This document shows positions 61,631 to 64,000 of a stretch of 64,000 bases of DNA, piece by piece. The notes under the pieces are model-generated. The model made no database searches. It was not told where the DNA came from and worked only from the letters and a program-made list of their open reading frames with translations. The translations under genes were made by a program, and so were the position numbers. Each line of letters begins with the position of its first letter. Positions within the stretch are counted from its first letter, which is position 1. The DNA comes from Camelus dromedarius (Eukaryota): the NCBI RefSeq assembly GCF_036321535.1, contig NC_087437.1, forward strand, positions 13,208,001 to 13,272,000. The letters run 5' to 3'.

Positions 61631-64000
61631 GGCATTTTGAGCAAGTCCCAAGATCTTCATTTCCTTTTCTATCAAAAAATTTGTCAGACTATGGCAAAGC
61701 AGCGCTCTCTTCTGATTCTTGCACTGTAACTTCAGAGGAGACTGGTTTTCAGATTTCCCTCCAAAGGACTGGAGTGTTTCTAGGCTCACTCCAGTTTTGC
61801 ACATGTGTTCGTGCAGGTGCATATGTGCACATATCTATTGTAAATTAACAAGAGAGCATCTTAAATCTCTTCTATTTCCCATCTTCTTTCTTCTCTCCCT
61901 AAAAGCTTGATGATGGAAAGAAATGGACATGTTCTGGGAAGTAGACATTCAGAGACACACACACATATAAACATAAGCACACAAGGATGTCTTCTATTTG
62001 TAATAATGGCCAACACTTACCGAGCATTCATTCAGGAACATGTGGTGTGTTGTTCTAAGCCTTTCCATGAGCACCTAGCACAGTGCTTAACGCATAAGCA
62101 TTCATTACATGTGCTGAAGACATGTGGAATAGTTGGAGTTCATAAAAATGCCTTTCTTCCTTCAAAGCTCCCAATGAATTGGCAGTTAGGGTTTCCAATT
62201 GTTGGCAGAGGTGGTTAAGAGTACAATACATATTTGTGATTTGTTTTCATGCATAATTAAACTACTAATATAATTAATTTCCAAACTTATTAGTTTTTCC
62301 TTAGTTTGTAATGCCACCTTAAAAACCTATTTGACTTTTAAAAATTTAGTAGTTTTATGTAATTGTAAGAACACTTCAGTTTTTTTTTTTATTAATGATC
62401 AATTTATCTATAGATTTTAAGGATAAAAATCTTCAGACATCCCATTTAGGCAAAAATTAACCCTATTTATACACTTAGTTAAACAGATTCCCTTAAACAT
62501 TTCAAACTATACTTACAGCTTACTATTTATAGCCTATAGTCTCAAACATTTCAGACATCTGAAAGGAAAAACTTACGACTTTAACAAGCAAAAATCTAAG
62601 CATTTAAGAAATTCGGATAAATCTAAAAAGGTAAGTCTAAAGATAGACCAAAAGATGATCTATCTTTAGATTTATTTCAAATTGTTTCCTTGGCCTTACT
62701 GAATCCCCAACTACATTCTTCGGAACCTAATGATTGGAGTCACAAAATACAAGGCAACGTTCCTGCAGAGTTTAGATCACTCTCTTAGGCGTGCCGTTAT
62801 TATTTCTCTTTAAGCTACTTTGTTCTCATTCTTGGGGACTGCTTTGAGAAATTTGAAACTCTTTCATCCCTGCAATTTTGGCTGTTTGTCAGAGCACTAA
62901 ATAAGATGCGTGAAGGTGAACATACTTTTTTTTTCATTGTTTCTTTCCTTTTTTTAAACATATACGCTGCCTCTATTTTCATTTGGACAATTTTCATGCA
63001 CTAGATGATAGCAATTTACAAAAGCCTTGGTTCTAGTCTATCCACGCAATCAGCTATTCTTTTTTTCCCCAGCTTTATATCCTTACCACTCTTTTACCTT
63101 CATTTTTCTTTTCCTTGATTCCAATAAAATGTAAATGTCATCACCCTGAATTTTCCTCAGTGGTTTTATGACTTTTCAAGCCAGCGGGCAGGTTTCCAAT
63201 CCATGAATGGACTGTTGGTTGAGAGCATCTGGGGAGAGGGATGGACACTTACGCTGAACAGTCCCTTTCTGATTAGAGTTCTGTAAAACTTGGTTTAAAA
63301 CTTTACCAATAAATTCTTTTTGCACCCAAACAGCAAGTCTTGTATTTAACTCAGAAATAATGTTATCATTCTTAATTTTATCTTCAAGACAAAAATTTGG
63401 TGAATCTAGTGTGTTTGTAGTAGGAATATGGATTCCAGGTGCTATATTAGCAGAATGTCTATTAAAAATATATATAAAGGACATTTGGCTTCGTCTTTCT
63501 AAGGAAAAGCTGACATTGGCCTCTTAGGATCTGGACCTGATAGCTATTATTATTATTGTAAAAACTGCAAGTCAGTGATGGGAAATTAAAAATTAGATGT
63601 GAGACATTCAAAGAGTCTCTTTAGAGAATCCAGTGGAGAGATGCAATGTGGATAGAGCATTCCTTCTCAATATGCAATCTATGTAACTTTGTTTTAAATA
63701 TGTGTTCTAGAAAAGTGCTTTATGACTACTTATGAGCCAGAACATCTAAAGAAAATGAGTAATGAGTAGAGTTACACATTCTGTGCAAATTAGAACTGCA
63801 ACAGTTTAGCTTCAAAAGACAAGATTTTAAAATTTAGGGAACAGTGGAGGGAAAGAATCTCTCCTGGTGAAATAACAGAAAAATGATGCTAGCGAAACCT
63901 AGAGTAATTGATGCCATAATATTGGTTTTGTTCCTGCTCTGGGCCATGGAAGGGAGTTAACATAAGACACTGAGTACAGAAGAATATTCCTAAGGTCTTG

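Noticed and set aside
1..64000. CRISPR array, operons or other prokaryotic systems
   Set aside because: Sequence is mammalian repeat-rich DNA; no repeat-spacer array or gene-dense ORFs

Overview
Mammalian nuclear DNA, almost certainly camelid (camel/llama/alpaca). Three copies of a short tRNA-derived SINE match, from memory, the camelid vic-1 family, alongside artiodactyl-type L1 3' ends. I recognise no protein-coding exon, RNA gene or CpG-island promoter, so the window reads as intergenic or deep-intronic. The ORF track is mostly noise; only 26290-26523 (L1 ORF2 C-terminus) and 34022-34204 (ERVL gag relic) are recognisable. Much of the window is transposon relics (MIR, L2, L1, MaLR/MLT1, ERVL, hAT MITEs). 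The most striking structure is a cluster of 10 ERV1-class solo LTRs within about 12 kb (42.8-54.7 kb), eight with a perfect or one-mismatch 4-bp TSD. The cluster includes a three-level nest, two MER41-like LTRs with remnants of the tandem GAS module (one GAS intact, next to an IRF-like site), and three copies of one family that all keep a TCF/LEF motif. Other observations are short L1 3' transductions, an internally deleted ERVL, a CTCF/POU/bHLH motif cluster, small duplications and speculative splice-site pairs. Family names come from recalled consensus sequences, not a database search, and boundaries of old repeats are approximate. I found no evidence for a wholly new biological system; the best lead is the LTR cluster as a lineage-specific regulatory hub.
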